Positions 10,471 to 18,810 of a DNA stretch of 40,469 nt are shown one piece after another. This DNA is from an uncultured Bacilli bacterium (GTDB lineage: Bacteria; Bacillota_I; Bacilli_A; RF39; UBA660), in NCBI GenBank assembly GCA_947626125.1, contig CANQRA010000003.1:1-40469 (forward strand). Reading direction: 5' to 3'. Position numbers and translations under genes: made by a program. Numbering within the stretch: the stretch's first letter is position 1; each line of letters starts with the position of its first letter. A model generated the notes under the pieces. That model was given only the letters and a program-made list of their open reading frames with translations. It was not told where the DNA came from and did no database searches.

Positions 10471-11637
10471 TTAATTTGTTAGTTTTTTTAGTTCTAATTT
10501 ATATTTTGTCTCATTATTTTCAATAGCTACTCTTTGGGATAAAAATAACATGCCAATAAAGTTAATTGTCGAAGACCCTCCATAACTCATTAAAGGAAGT
10601 GGTACACCAGTAAGTGGTAAAAGCGATAAAACGCCACATAAATTAATAATGATATGAAAAGCAAAGAGCCAAAAAGTACCATAAGCAATAATGGAATTGC
10701 GCAAATTATAAGCACCCTTGGCTATTTTTAAAAGGCGATATAACAAGCATGCATACAACAGCAAAACAACTATCCCCGAAATTAAGCCTAATTCTTCCAC
10801 AAAGATAGGAAATATAAAATCCGTATGGCTCTCAGGTAAGTATAAATATTTTTGCGTACTATTACCAACCCCGGTGCCAAAGAGACCCCCATTATTGATG
10901 GCAATAAAACCATTACAAACTTGATAACCGGATTCTTCTGTGTATCTTTGACAAGGATTACGGAAATTAAACCGACTCATTTGGTCACTATTTAAAATCT
11001 CTGCCCCACTATAAAGAAGGACTAACCCAACAATCACGGCTCCCACCCCTAAAATAAGAATTATTTTTTGCAAATTGCCTTTTTCGATTGGGAGACTAAT
11101 AAAGATAGCAAAAGTAATTGCTAAGAGAATCATCGCGCTCCCAAAATCTGGTTGCATTAAAATAAGCAGCCCAATTAAAAAAGCAATAGCTAAGGGAATT
11201 AAATAAGTTATAATATTATCCGGTCTTTTTTTAATTAAGTCATTATAATAAACGGCCATGAATAGAATAATAAAGGACTTAGCAAATTCCGAAGGTTGAA
11301 TTGCAAAACCAGTCTTTGGAATATAAAACCAGCTTTGCACATGGTTAGTAATCTCGCCATAAGCTAACAAAGATATTAAAACAACAATAATACCAATTAC
11401 TAAGAGCCAAGATATTTTTTTATACCATCCTGTTTTAATATGCAAGATAATAAAGCCGCCAACAAACGAAGCAATAATAAAAATAAGTTGGCGAATAAAA
11501 AAATAAGTAATACTTTTATTGTAACGATGAATTGCCGAAATACTGGAAGCGGAAAAAACCATTAAAAGGCCAATAATACATAAAATAATCGTAATAAAAA
11601 ACAAAGGTTTATCAATTTTAGCCCATAGTTTTTTCAT
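10471..11637 (-). CDS. ftsW: SEDS peptidoglycan polymerase, FtsW-like
   Basis: IQPSEFAK, QPDFGS, YLPESHTDFIF, TGVPLPLMSYGGSS. Confidence 0.85.
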   Translation of the reverse strand: MKKLWAKIDKPLFFITIILCIIGLLMVFSASSISAIHRYNKSITYFFIRQLIFIIASFVGGFIILHIKTGWYKKISWLLVIGIIVVLISLLAYGEITNHVQSWFYIPKTGFAIQPSEFAKSFIILFMAVYYNDLIKKRPDNIITYLIPLAIAFLIGLLILMQPDFGSAMILLAITFAIFISLPIEKGNLQKIILILGVGAVIVGLVLLYSGAEILNSDQMSRFNFRNPCQRYTEESGYQVCNGFIAINNGGLFGTGVGNSTQKYLYLPESHTDFIFPIFVEELGLISGIVVLLLYACLLYRLLKIAKGAYNLRNSIIAYGTFWLFAFHIIINLCGVLSLLPLTGVPLPLMSYGGSSTINFIGMLFLSQRVAIENNETKYKLELKKLTN

Positions 11638-11758
11638 CTTCTCACCCTATATATATCATACCATAAGATAAAAGATAGCAAAATAAATTATTTATTTTTT
11701 AATGTCAAAATATGACTATGATTAATAAAATATAATAGATACATAAAGGAGGTATAAT

Positions 11759-11953
11759 ATGTATTATTATGGAAATAATGGTTACTATGGTGGTAACTAT
11801 GCTGGTTCTCCTTGCCAAGGAGGAAGCTACGCAGGCTATACAAGTGGTTATGGTATAGGCGCAGCAATCTGGATTGTACTATTTATCTTATTAGTTATAA
11901 TCATTGGTGCTGGTTTCTTTAATGGCAATAACAATGGTTATAATAATAATTAG
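11759..11953 (+). CDS. YjcZ/SscA-family small sporulation protein
   Basis: Gly/Tyr-rich N-terminus then IVLFILLVIIIGA; strong RBS AAGGAGGT. Confidence 0.8.
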   Translation: MYYYGNNGYYGGNYAGSPCQGGSYAGYTSGYGIGAAIWIVLFILLVIIIGAGFFNGNNNGYNNN

Positions 11954-11972
11954 GAAGCTTGTCTTCCTTTTT
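11952..11972 (+). terminator. Probable intrinsic terminator
   Basis: AGGAAG-N5-CTTCCT followed by a T run. Confidence 0.55.
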
Positions 11973-11978
11973 GTTTTA

Positions 11979-12179
11979 TTATTTAGAGCCCAATTTCTTT
12001 AATTTTTTAGCTATTTTTAAAGCCATTTTTTTATTTAATGAATCACTAGCTATTTTAATAACTTCAGAAAAATCTTGCTCTGGAAAATCTTTTAAATATC
12101 TTAAGTATAAAGTTTCAATAAATAAGTCACTAAAATTAGTAGTCATCTCTTCAATAATTTTATGCATTTTTAAATTCAT
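11979..12179 (-). CDS. Hypothetical 66-aa protein
   Basis: RBS GAGGGAG, ATG start, upstream motif shared with comEA. Confidence 0.6.
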   Translation of the reverse strand: MNLKMHKIIEEMTTNFSDLFIETLYLRYLKDFPEQDFSEVIKIASDSLNKKMALKIAKKLKKLGSK

Positions 12180-12192
12180 AATAATTCTCCCT

Positions 12193-12233
12193 CTACTATT
12201 TATATATGACTTATTTTAGCCATTTCCTTTTTT
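12193..12233 (-). promoter_or_regulatory. SigmaH-like promoter motif, second copy
   Basis: Same motif and spacing as 10415-10455. Confidence 0.45.
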
Positions 12234-12248
12234 ATTATGGCCTAAATT

Positions 12249-12278
12249 AAAAAAGATGCGTAAAATTTACACATCTTT
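12249..12278 (-). terminator. Intrinsic terminator after lipoprotein gene
   Basis: AAAGATGTGTAAA/TTTACGCATCTTT stem plus T run just after the stop. Confidence 0.7.
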
Positions 12279-12282
12279 ACAG

Positions 12283-14181
12283 TTATTTCGCTCTATTTAA
12301 AGAATATGATTGGGTAAAACCAACAATACTTTTTTTGCCATTTATATATAATTCAAAGAAGAAAATTTTATCATATTCCTTATTTTTAATTATTTCTTGA
12401 GCTTCATCTTCACTATAACCATAATTTAGTAAGATAGCCATTTTCATTTCATCAGGAATCCCGGCATCATTACTACCTGAATCATAACTTATATTAAGAG
12501 CGTTCTCATCCACATTATTTAGAGATGCTTTCTTGGTAACATTTCGCGATACAGCCTTACTTAAGGCTTGATAATCACTAACTTTAGAATAATTATTAAA
12601 CGTAAAGTTGCTTATATCTCTTCGACCTTCTTGAAAATTAAATACTTCTACAAAACTGCTATTACCACCATAATTATTAAAGGTAACATTTCTTAAACTA
12701 TTGGGAATTTCATATAAAGCATCTAGAGTATCTAGGGAAATATCATTAATATTATAAGCATTGATAATTAAATCTGTCCAAGTAGAGTTAGCATAAGTAT
12801 CACAGAAATCAAGCACGCTTTGCAATCCCGCAATATCACTTGAGTTTATGCCTTCCTTAGGAATATTAATTGTAATTTCAAAGTGTCTTATTTCTTTATT
12901 ATCAAGCATTTTTATTTTGGCAATTCTAGATAAAGTATTTACAAACGATACTTGAGCAGTATCCACAAATATATTATCATTGTTATCGTTATAAGATGTA
13001 TTATATTGACTTAAACTTTTTAAAGTCTTTTCCGTAAGTAATTCACTACTTTCGGTATTTAGATGAATGCTACTACCCAAAGGTAAATTAAATTCTGTCT
13101 CATACAATTTATAAACGCTTACATCTACATTTATTTGATGACTACTTTTAACATTTAAACTTTTACTTAATGTTGGTAGATAAAGATTTAAATTTTCTGT
13201 TTTATCATTTAAAGTATAAGTCATCCCAGGAACAGCATCATAATGATATTTTCCATAAATAATTGGTGTTATAGTTGTCGCAGGAATATATTTAAAAGTA
13301 TCTAGAGCTTCATTATTAACAGCATAACAAGAAAAATGCTTAAATGACATATCTTTTATAGCCTCAGCTATACTTTTAATAAAGAGAGCTTCTTTTGCAT
13401 CTAGAGTATCAAGGATAATTGAGCCATTATTGGAACTTATATAATTAAGTAGTTGTAAAACTTTAGCTTGGCCTAAATTAACCAAAACATTCGCATCAAA
13501 ATAAAGATTTCTTAAATTAGGAAAAGATGGAAGGAAAAAATCTTTCGCAACTTCTTCATCATCATTTAAAATGTTTAATGTGGTAAAAATATCTGTTGGT
13601 AGCTTACTTAAGTTATTTGAATTAGCTAAGTAAGTCTTAGATAAAGTACTTAGAGAAACATTTAAAGTAAAATATGTACTATTACTCTTATAATAACTAA
13701 TTAATTCGGCTAATTTATCATCTTGATATGGCTTATTAATCGTTACTTCTAATTCATAATCTTCACCTATTTTTGTTCTTCTAAATGTCCAATATTCATT
13801 GGTAATGGTAATTGCACTACTTCCATTAGAAATATTATTTTCTTTAATGTATTCTTCTAATTGTTCTTTTTTAACTTTGTCTACTTGATTTTCTAAGTAT
13901 TCCACATCATTTATTTGAACATTCAATTCTTCTAATTCTTTTTCAAGCTTTTCCATTTGCTCTCTTAAGCTATCAATTTCCATGCCTTGTTGAATATTTT
14001 CATTTTTTAGAACATTGGCAAGGTCTTCATAATCTTCTTTAGAAAGAGTACTTTCGGGTTGTTCTTTATAATTCTCATCTTCTTGCTTAAGATGAGTACA
14101 ACCTGTGAGTGAACCAATTTGCATAGCAACTAAAAGACAAGCAATACCTTTTTTTAATTTAATTTTCGTTTTTCCTATCAT
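12283..14181 (-). CDS. Hypothetical lipoprotein with coiled-coil N-terminus
   Basis: Basic N-terminus, hydrophobic core, lipobox LTGC; heptad region about aa 50-110; weak LRR-like stretch FPNLRNLYF. Confidence 0.75.
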   Translation of the reverse strand: MIGKTKIKLKKGIACLLVAMQIGSLTGCTHLKQEDENYKEQPESTLSKEDYEDLANVLKNENIQQGMEIDSLREQMEKLEKELEELNVQINDVEYLENQVDKVKKEQLEEYIKENNISNGSSAITITNEYWTFRRTKIGEDYELEVTINKPYQDDKLAELISYYKSNSTYFTLNVSLSTLSKTYLANSNNLSKLPTDIFTTLNILNDDEEVAKDFFLPSFPNLRNLYFDANVLVNLGQAKVLQLLNYISSNNGSIILDTLDAKEALFIKSIAEAIKDMSFKHFSCYAVNNEALDTFKYIPATTITPIIYGKYHYDAVPGMTYTLNDKTENLNLYLPTLSKSLNVKSSHQINVDVSVYKLYETEFNLPLGSSIHLNTESSELLTEKTLKSLSQYNTSYNDNNDNIFVDTAQVSFVNTLSRIAKIKMLDNKEIRHFEITINIPKEGINSSDIAGLQSVLDFCDTYANSTWTDLIINAYNINDISLDTLDALYEIPNSLRNVTFNNYGGNSSFVEVFNFQEGRRDISNFTFNNYSKVSDYQALSKAVSRNVTKKASLNNVDENALNISYDSGSNDAGIPDEMKMAILLNYGYSEDEAQEIIKNKEYDKIFFFELYINGKKSIVGFTQSYSLNRAK

Positions 14182-14211
14182 TATATAATCCCCTTTCGAA
14201 AATTAATTTAT

Positions 14212-14239
14212 ATTATAGGCATTTTATTTTCTTTGTCAA
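14212..14239 (-). promoter_or_regulatory. SigmaA promoter of lipoprotein gene
   Basis: TTGACA-N16-TATAAT. Confidence 0.7.
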
Positions 14240-14247
14240 GAAATTTT

Positions 14248-14664
14248 CTATCGCACTAATTCATTAAGCCAAAAATAATCTTTATTTTTAAAATCACAAA
14301 CAAATAAGTTATCACTCATCAAATAATTAACTAAGAAGCTAGGATTAATGGCATCACTTTTAAGATAAATATGCGATTTATAAACTTTTAACATACTTAC
14401 TTCTGGTTTATATTTATTATTAATTTTATGCACTACCCCATCAAAACTATAATGTCGATTATCTTTAAATAAGCTATAAATTCTTTTATTCATATAATTA
14501 ACATCAAAGGAAGTAAATAAATCATTAAAAATATTAAAAGAAATATCCGTTTTATAAGTATCCATATAATATAAATTATCAATGGTTTTATATAAGCTAT
14601 ATGGTATTTCTCTTGTTAAAATAGATATTTCTTTTTTTATTTTAAATATATAAAAGCTTCGCAT
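14248..14664 (-). CDS. sirA: Sporulation inhibitor of replication SirA
   Basis: MRSFYIFKIKKE N-terminus and FVCDFKNKDYFWLN C-terminus resemble SirA; follows tkt as in B. subtilis. Confidence 0.8.
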   Translation of the reverse strand: MRSFYIFKIKKEISILTREIPYSLYKTIDNLYYMDTYKTDISFNIFNDLFTSFDVNYMNKRIYSLFKDNRHYSFDGVVHKINNKYKPEVSMLKVYKSHIYLKSDAINPSFLVNYLMSDNLFVCDFKNKDYFWLNELVR

Positions 14665-14681
14665 ATCATCACCTTAAAATT

Positions 14682-14725
14682 ATTATATAAAATTATTTAT
14701 AAAATAATTGTCAAAGGATGTCGAT
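14682..14725 (-). promoter_or_regulatory. Spo0A-dependent-type sigmaA promoter of sirA
   Basis: TTGACA-N21-TATAAT with tandem near-0A boxes TGTCAAA (14709) and TGTCGAT (14719). Confidence 0.6.
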
Positions 14726-14728
14726 AAC

Positions 14729-16657
14729 TTATTTTTTTAATAATTCAATAATTTTAGCTTTAATTGCATCTTTATTTAAATGATAATAGTTTAATTTTTC
14801 TTCTTTTGTTCCCCCGACATAAAAGTTATTAATAGCAAAGACATACTCATTACCTGTCGCGTATTTACTTAGGCAATCACCAGAACTATATTCTAAAGTA
14901 AAAGTCTTAACATCAAAGGGAAGTAACATACTTCTATATTTTTCGCTTTGAATAGCGAATAAAGATGATGATACCATCGATACTACTCTAAATACTAAAT
15001 TGTATTCTTTTAATTCTTCGGCGATAGTAAGGGCTATATTTACCTCACCACCACTGGCAATAATAATGCCATCAAGAGGCCCATCTTCTTTTTTAACTCG
15101 ATAAGCTCCCGCGACAACATACTTTTCATTCGTACTTAATTTTGGTGTAATTTCATTACCTAAAATAATGGCACTGCTTTTTCCTAATTTAACTAATGTA
15201 TTATATGTACCAATAATTTCATTTATATCGGCTGGACGATAAGTAATTAAATTAGGCATTCTTCTTAAATCATCTATTTCATCATAAGCATGGTATTCAT
15301 TATTTTCATAAGCATTAATAAAAGAATCATGGGTAAAAATAAAATTAATATCTAAATTATTTAAACTGCTATATTTAATAAAAGGTTTTAAAATACTTTC
15401 ATTAATTAGAGGTGTACTTATAAATAATTTAAAACCTAAACTAGCTATACCACAAAAAATTCCACCCATGGCTAAAGTTCTTTCACCAAACAAAATATTT
15501 CGGCCCGTTCTATTATCTTTACTCATTACACTAGCTTTATTTATGCTTGATAAAGTATAGATGAAATTATCATCACTGCCACATAAAATAAAAGGACTTT
15601 TACTCGCAATTACATTAAGTATTTTATTGTTGCTTTTTAATAATTCTTCTTTATAATCATCATCTATTCTAATATTTTCCCCATTAAATTCTAAACTAGC
15701 TTTTCCTAAATTTAAAAAATCAATTATTTCTTTTATTTTTAAATCTTTACTATTTTTATCTAGGGAACTTTTATAATTAATTAAATATTTACTTAATCTT
15801 TTGCTAATATTTTTTCTTATTTCGCTTTCTATGCTACTAGAAATGGTAAAAGGATTATCTAATTTATAGGTAACTCTTAATTTATCCATTTCTTCTTTTG
15901 CTAAAGGCTTATTAAAATACTTATTACTATTTTCTCTTGATGATGATTTGCCATAAGGAGAATTAACAATTATAATGTTACACTTTTTACTATTTTTGGC
16001 ATCATCCAGAGCCCCATTTAGGGAAGATGCGGAACTATTAATGATATCAACATTATAATTTAGGGCCATAAAACGGTCTTCTAAGTTCTCTTTAAAAGTT
16101 TCTTTATTACTGCTATCTTTGCTTATCTCATCTTTAATAACAATAAAAATCAAATTATTTAATTGTTGGTTTCCGGCAAAACTCATGGCTTCATAAGCTA
16201 GCCCAGGCATTAATTCATCAAGAGTACACAAACAATATGTTTTAAAATTAACCAAATGACATTTTTCTTGTTCAATATTAACTAACCCATTTAAATATTC
16301 TCGGCCTAAAGAAACACCTACAGCCTTAGCAATACTTCCCCCTTTTATTAAACTTTTACTACCATTATATTTGGCATTAAAGGCCTTATAATCTTTTAAA
16401 TCATCAAGATTTACATCTTTATAAAATAAACTTTCGGTCGCATATAACAAAGGTAGTAAACGATTAGTGACCACGAGGCGGTCTCTATTAATAAAATCTT
16501 TATTATTGGGGTCAAAAATTAAATGGTTCATAAATAAATTATAAAAGATATGGGCACCAGAAAAGACAATTCCGGCATCACCACTTCCGGCTTTATATAT
16601 CATATCTAAACTAAGCATTTTAATGTTATTAATTATACTTTCTTCTATTTTACTCAT
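14729..16657 (-). CDS. tkt: Transketolase-like protein, catalytic motifs degenerate
   Basis: Collinear with transketolase (NRDR, FTHDS, YRPAD, RVVSM) but lacks SGH, GDG and other catalytic residues; ATG 16657 preferred over GTG 16666. Confidence 0.8.
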   Translation of the reverse strand: MSKIEESIINNIKMLSLDMIYKAGSGDAGIVFSGAHIFYNLFMNHLIFDPNNKDFINRDRLVVTNRLLPLLYATESLFYKDVNLDDLKDYKAFNAKYNGSKSLIKGGSIAKAVGVSLGREYLNGLVNIEQEKCHLVNFKTYCLCTLDELMPGLAYEAMSFAGNQQLNNLIFIVIKDEISKDSSNKETFKENLEDRFMALNYNVDIINSSASSLNGALDDAKNSKKCNIIIVNSPYGKSSSRENSNKYFNKPLAKEEMDKLRVTYKLDNPFTISSSIESEIRKNISKRLSKYLINYKSSLDKNSKDLKIKEIIDFLNLGKASLEFNGENIRIDDDYKEELLKSNNKILNVIASKSPFILCGSDDNFIYTLSSINKASVMSKDNRTGRNILFGERTLAMGGIFCGIASLGFKLFISTPLINESILKPFIKYSSLNNLDINFIFTHDSFINAYENNEYHAYDEIDDLRRMPNLITYRPADINEIIGTYNTLVKLGKSSAIILGNEITPKLSTNEKYVVAGAYRVKKEDGPLDGIIIASGGEVNIALTIAEELKEYNLVFRVVSMVSSSLFAIQSEKYRSMLLPFDVKTFTLEYSSGDCLSKYATGNEYVFAINNFYVGGTKEEKLNYYHLNKDAIKAKIIELLKK

Positions 16658-16669
16658 ACTTCCCACCTC

Positions 16670-17797
16670 TTATAATCTTTTAATTAAATTATTGATTTTA
16701 ATTACTGATTCATTATTATCTTGGGCATTTAATCTTTCTTCCATTTTTCTTAAAATAACTTTATCGCTTTCAATTTTCTTTAAAGCTCTCTTAAAACCCC
16801 AGACGCTTCTTACTTTTAGACCATATTTTTTCTTCTCAACGAAACGAGCATTATATTTTTCTTGCCCTCCAACTCCCGGGACCAGTAACATAGGTACTCT
16901 CATCTCTAAACATTCGGTAACGGTTGCTCCTCCGGGTTTACTAATAACCAAATCACTTATTTTCATTAAATTTAAAACATCTGTAGAATAACCTAATACT
17001 TTTACATTATTGATATCTTTTTCTTTAATATATTCTTCACATCTTTGCTTTAATTCAGCATTTTTCCCACTTATAAAAATTATTTGGGCATCAAGGGGCA
17101 TTTTCGTTATCGCTTTAAAATAATTGAAATAATACATACTTCCTCCCGAAGAACCGCCAAAAAACAAATAAACTTTTTTATTATTTTTAATATTGTATCT
17201 TTTATAAATGACTTCTTCTTTATCTAGGGCATTAATTTTATTGATATTTAAAGGCAACCCATAAGGATATATTTTTCTACTCGGTACTCCCCTTTGAATT
17301 AATTCTTCTTTAACTAATTTATTTCCCACGATATAACCATCTTCACTATTTTTATTTCTTATCCAAAACTCATGAACACGATAATCAGTAATAATGGTAA
17401 GGAGTTTACCTTTAATTAAACCTTGTTTATTATATAAGGTAATTAAATTACTACAATAAAAATGACTAGATATTGTCACATCAGGATTAAACTCGACAAT
17501 TTCTTCTCTTAATTTTTTATTATCATAAATTTTTTTCGTAAATAGATTATTACCAAAGGATAAGGCTTTATTGTCGGCAATTTCATAACCTAAATCAAAG
17601 AGAAATTGTTGATGATGTCTTAAAACGAAATCCATAATTTTAACAGTAAATTTAGCTACTTTATTTCCATAATCAGTAATATCTAATACTTTGATATCAT
17701 AATCATTATGTTCCGATATGTAATTAGCTACATATTCTGCAATAGCTTTATGACCAGAGCCATACCTTGCATACATTACTAATATTCTTTTTTTCAT
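16670..17797 (-). CDS. ugtP: UgtP/MGDG-synthase-family glycosyltransferase
   Basis: YGSGH, TIITDY..H..W, ISKPGGATVTE, PGVGGQEKYNA. Confidence 0.85.
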   Translation of the reverse strand: MKKRILVMYARYGSGHKAIAEYVANYISEHNDYDIKVLDITDYGNKVAKFTVKIMDFVLRHHQQFLFDLGYEIADNKALSFGNNLFTKKIYDNKKLREEIVEFNPDVTISSHFYCSNLITLYNKQGLIKGKLLTIITDYRVHEFWIRNKNSEDGYIVGNKLVKEELIQRGVPSRKIYPYGLPLNINKINALDKEEVIYKRYNIKNNKKVYLFFGGSSGGSMYYFNYFKAITKMPLDAQIIFISGKNAELKQRCEEYIKEKDINNVKVLGYSTDVLNLMKISDLVISKPGGATVTECLEMRVPMLLVPGVGGQEKYNARFVEKKKYGLKVRSVWGFKRALKKIESDKVILRKMEERLNAQDNNESVIKINNLIKRL

Positions 17798-17848
17798 TAT
17801 ATCCCTCAATAATAATTATAAACTGATTTTGGAAATAAAACAATTAAT

Positions 17849-17989
17849 TTAATAGGTTTCCCCCACTCCATAACTATTTGTATAAGTATGATTTATCTCT
17901 TTAAACCTTAAATTTAAAAGAATTATCCCAAAAACAATGATTAAATAGAATAAGATAATTCCTCCCATATTAATTAACGTTTTTTTCAT
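17849..17989 (-). CDS. Small single-TM protein, candidate SOS division inhibitor
   Basis: 46 aa from MKKTL with one TM helix; divergent from lexA; promoter contains an SOS box. Confidence 0.55.
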   Translation of the reverse strand: MKKTLINMGGIILFYLIIVFGIILLNLRFKEINHTYTNSYGVGETY

Positions 17990-18023
17990 CAATACCACGC
18001 TCTCTTTCAAAATTATCTTATCA

Positions 18024-18037
18024 AAAACATTTGTTCG
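18024..18037. promoter_or_regulatory. LexA SOS box
   Basis: Minus strand CGAACAAATGTTTT inside the spacer of TTGAAA-N17-TAAGAT. Confidence 0.75.
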
Positions 18038-18070
18038 TTTCAAGAGAAAAATAACAATTTATAAAAAATT

Positions 18071-18110
18071 TAAACATTTGTTTGACATATAGACATCTTT
18101 ATTGTACAAT
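18071..18110 (+). promoter_or_regulatory. lexA sigmaA promoter with overlapping SOS-like box
   Basis: TTGACA(18082)-N17-TACAAT(18105); AAACATTTGTTT at 18072-18083 overlaps the -35. Confidence 0.75.
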
Positions 18111-18133
18111 TAACTTAGGAAGTGATATAAATA

Positions 18134-18754
18134 ATGGGAAAAGAATTAACCAAAAGACAAAGTGAAATTCTTGATTTTGTTAAAAAGTATACTGCTGAAC
18201 ATGGTTATCCACCTGCTATAAGAGAGATATGCAAGGGGGTTGGTTTATCAAGCCCAGCAACGGTTTTTGTCCATTTAAGAAATCTAGAATCTTTAGGCTA
18301 TATTAAAACCACAAATAATAAATTTAGAACAATTGAAGTTCTTTGTGAAAACGAATATATTAAAACTAATGAAGATATAATTAAAGTTCCTCTTTTAGGG
18401 AAAGTAACGGCAGGTAATCCTATCACTGCCATTGAGCAACCAAATGAGTTCTTTGATTTACCAGCTTCTTTAATTCCTGCGAAAGCCCAAGTATTTACTT
18501 TACACGTCAGCGGGGAAAGTATGATTAAAGCCGGCATTTATGATGGCGATTATGTTATTGTCGAAAAAAGAAATAATGCCAAAAATGGCGATATAGTTGT
18601 CGCAATGACTATGGAAGGAGAAGCTACCATCAAAAGATTTTATAAAGAAGATGGGCACATTAGATTGCAACCAGAAAATGATACCATGGACCCTATTATA
18701 TTAGATAACTGTACTATTTTAGGCAAAGCTATTGGTTTATATCGTAGTTTCTAA
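18134..18754 (+). CDS. lexA: SOS repressor LexA
   Basis: LTKRQ, GYPPAIREI wHTH, VTAGNP cleavage site, GESM Ser and TIKR Lys. Confidence 0.97.
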   Translation: MGKELTKRQSEILDFVKKYTAEHGYPPAIREICKGVGLSSPATVFVHLRNLESLGYIKTTNNKFRTIEVLCENEYIKTNEDIIKVPLLGKVTAGNPITAIEQPNEFFDLPASLIPAKAQVFTLHVSGESMIKAGIYDGDYVIVEKRNNAKNGDIVVAMTMEGEATIKRFYKEDGHIRLQPENDTMDPIILDNCTILGKAIGLYRSF

Positions 18755-18763
18755 AATTAAAGA

Positions 18764-18799
18764 AAAATAAAAAAGGTACTTCAATACCTCTTTTATTTT
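18764..18799. terminator. Bidirectional terminator between convergent genes
   Basis: A-tract, AGGTA-N6-TACCT, T-tract. Confidence 0.6.
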
Positions 18800-18810
18800 G
18801 GCTTTAGTTT

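Noticed and set aside
17990-18043. N-terminal extension of the small TM ORF
   Set aside because: The TTG start lies in its own -35/SOS-box region.
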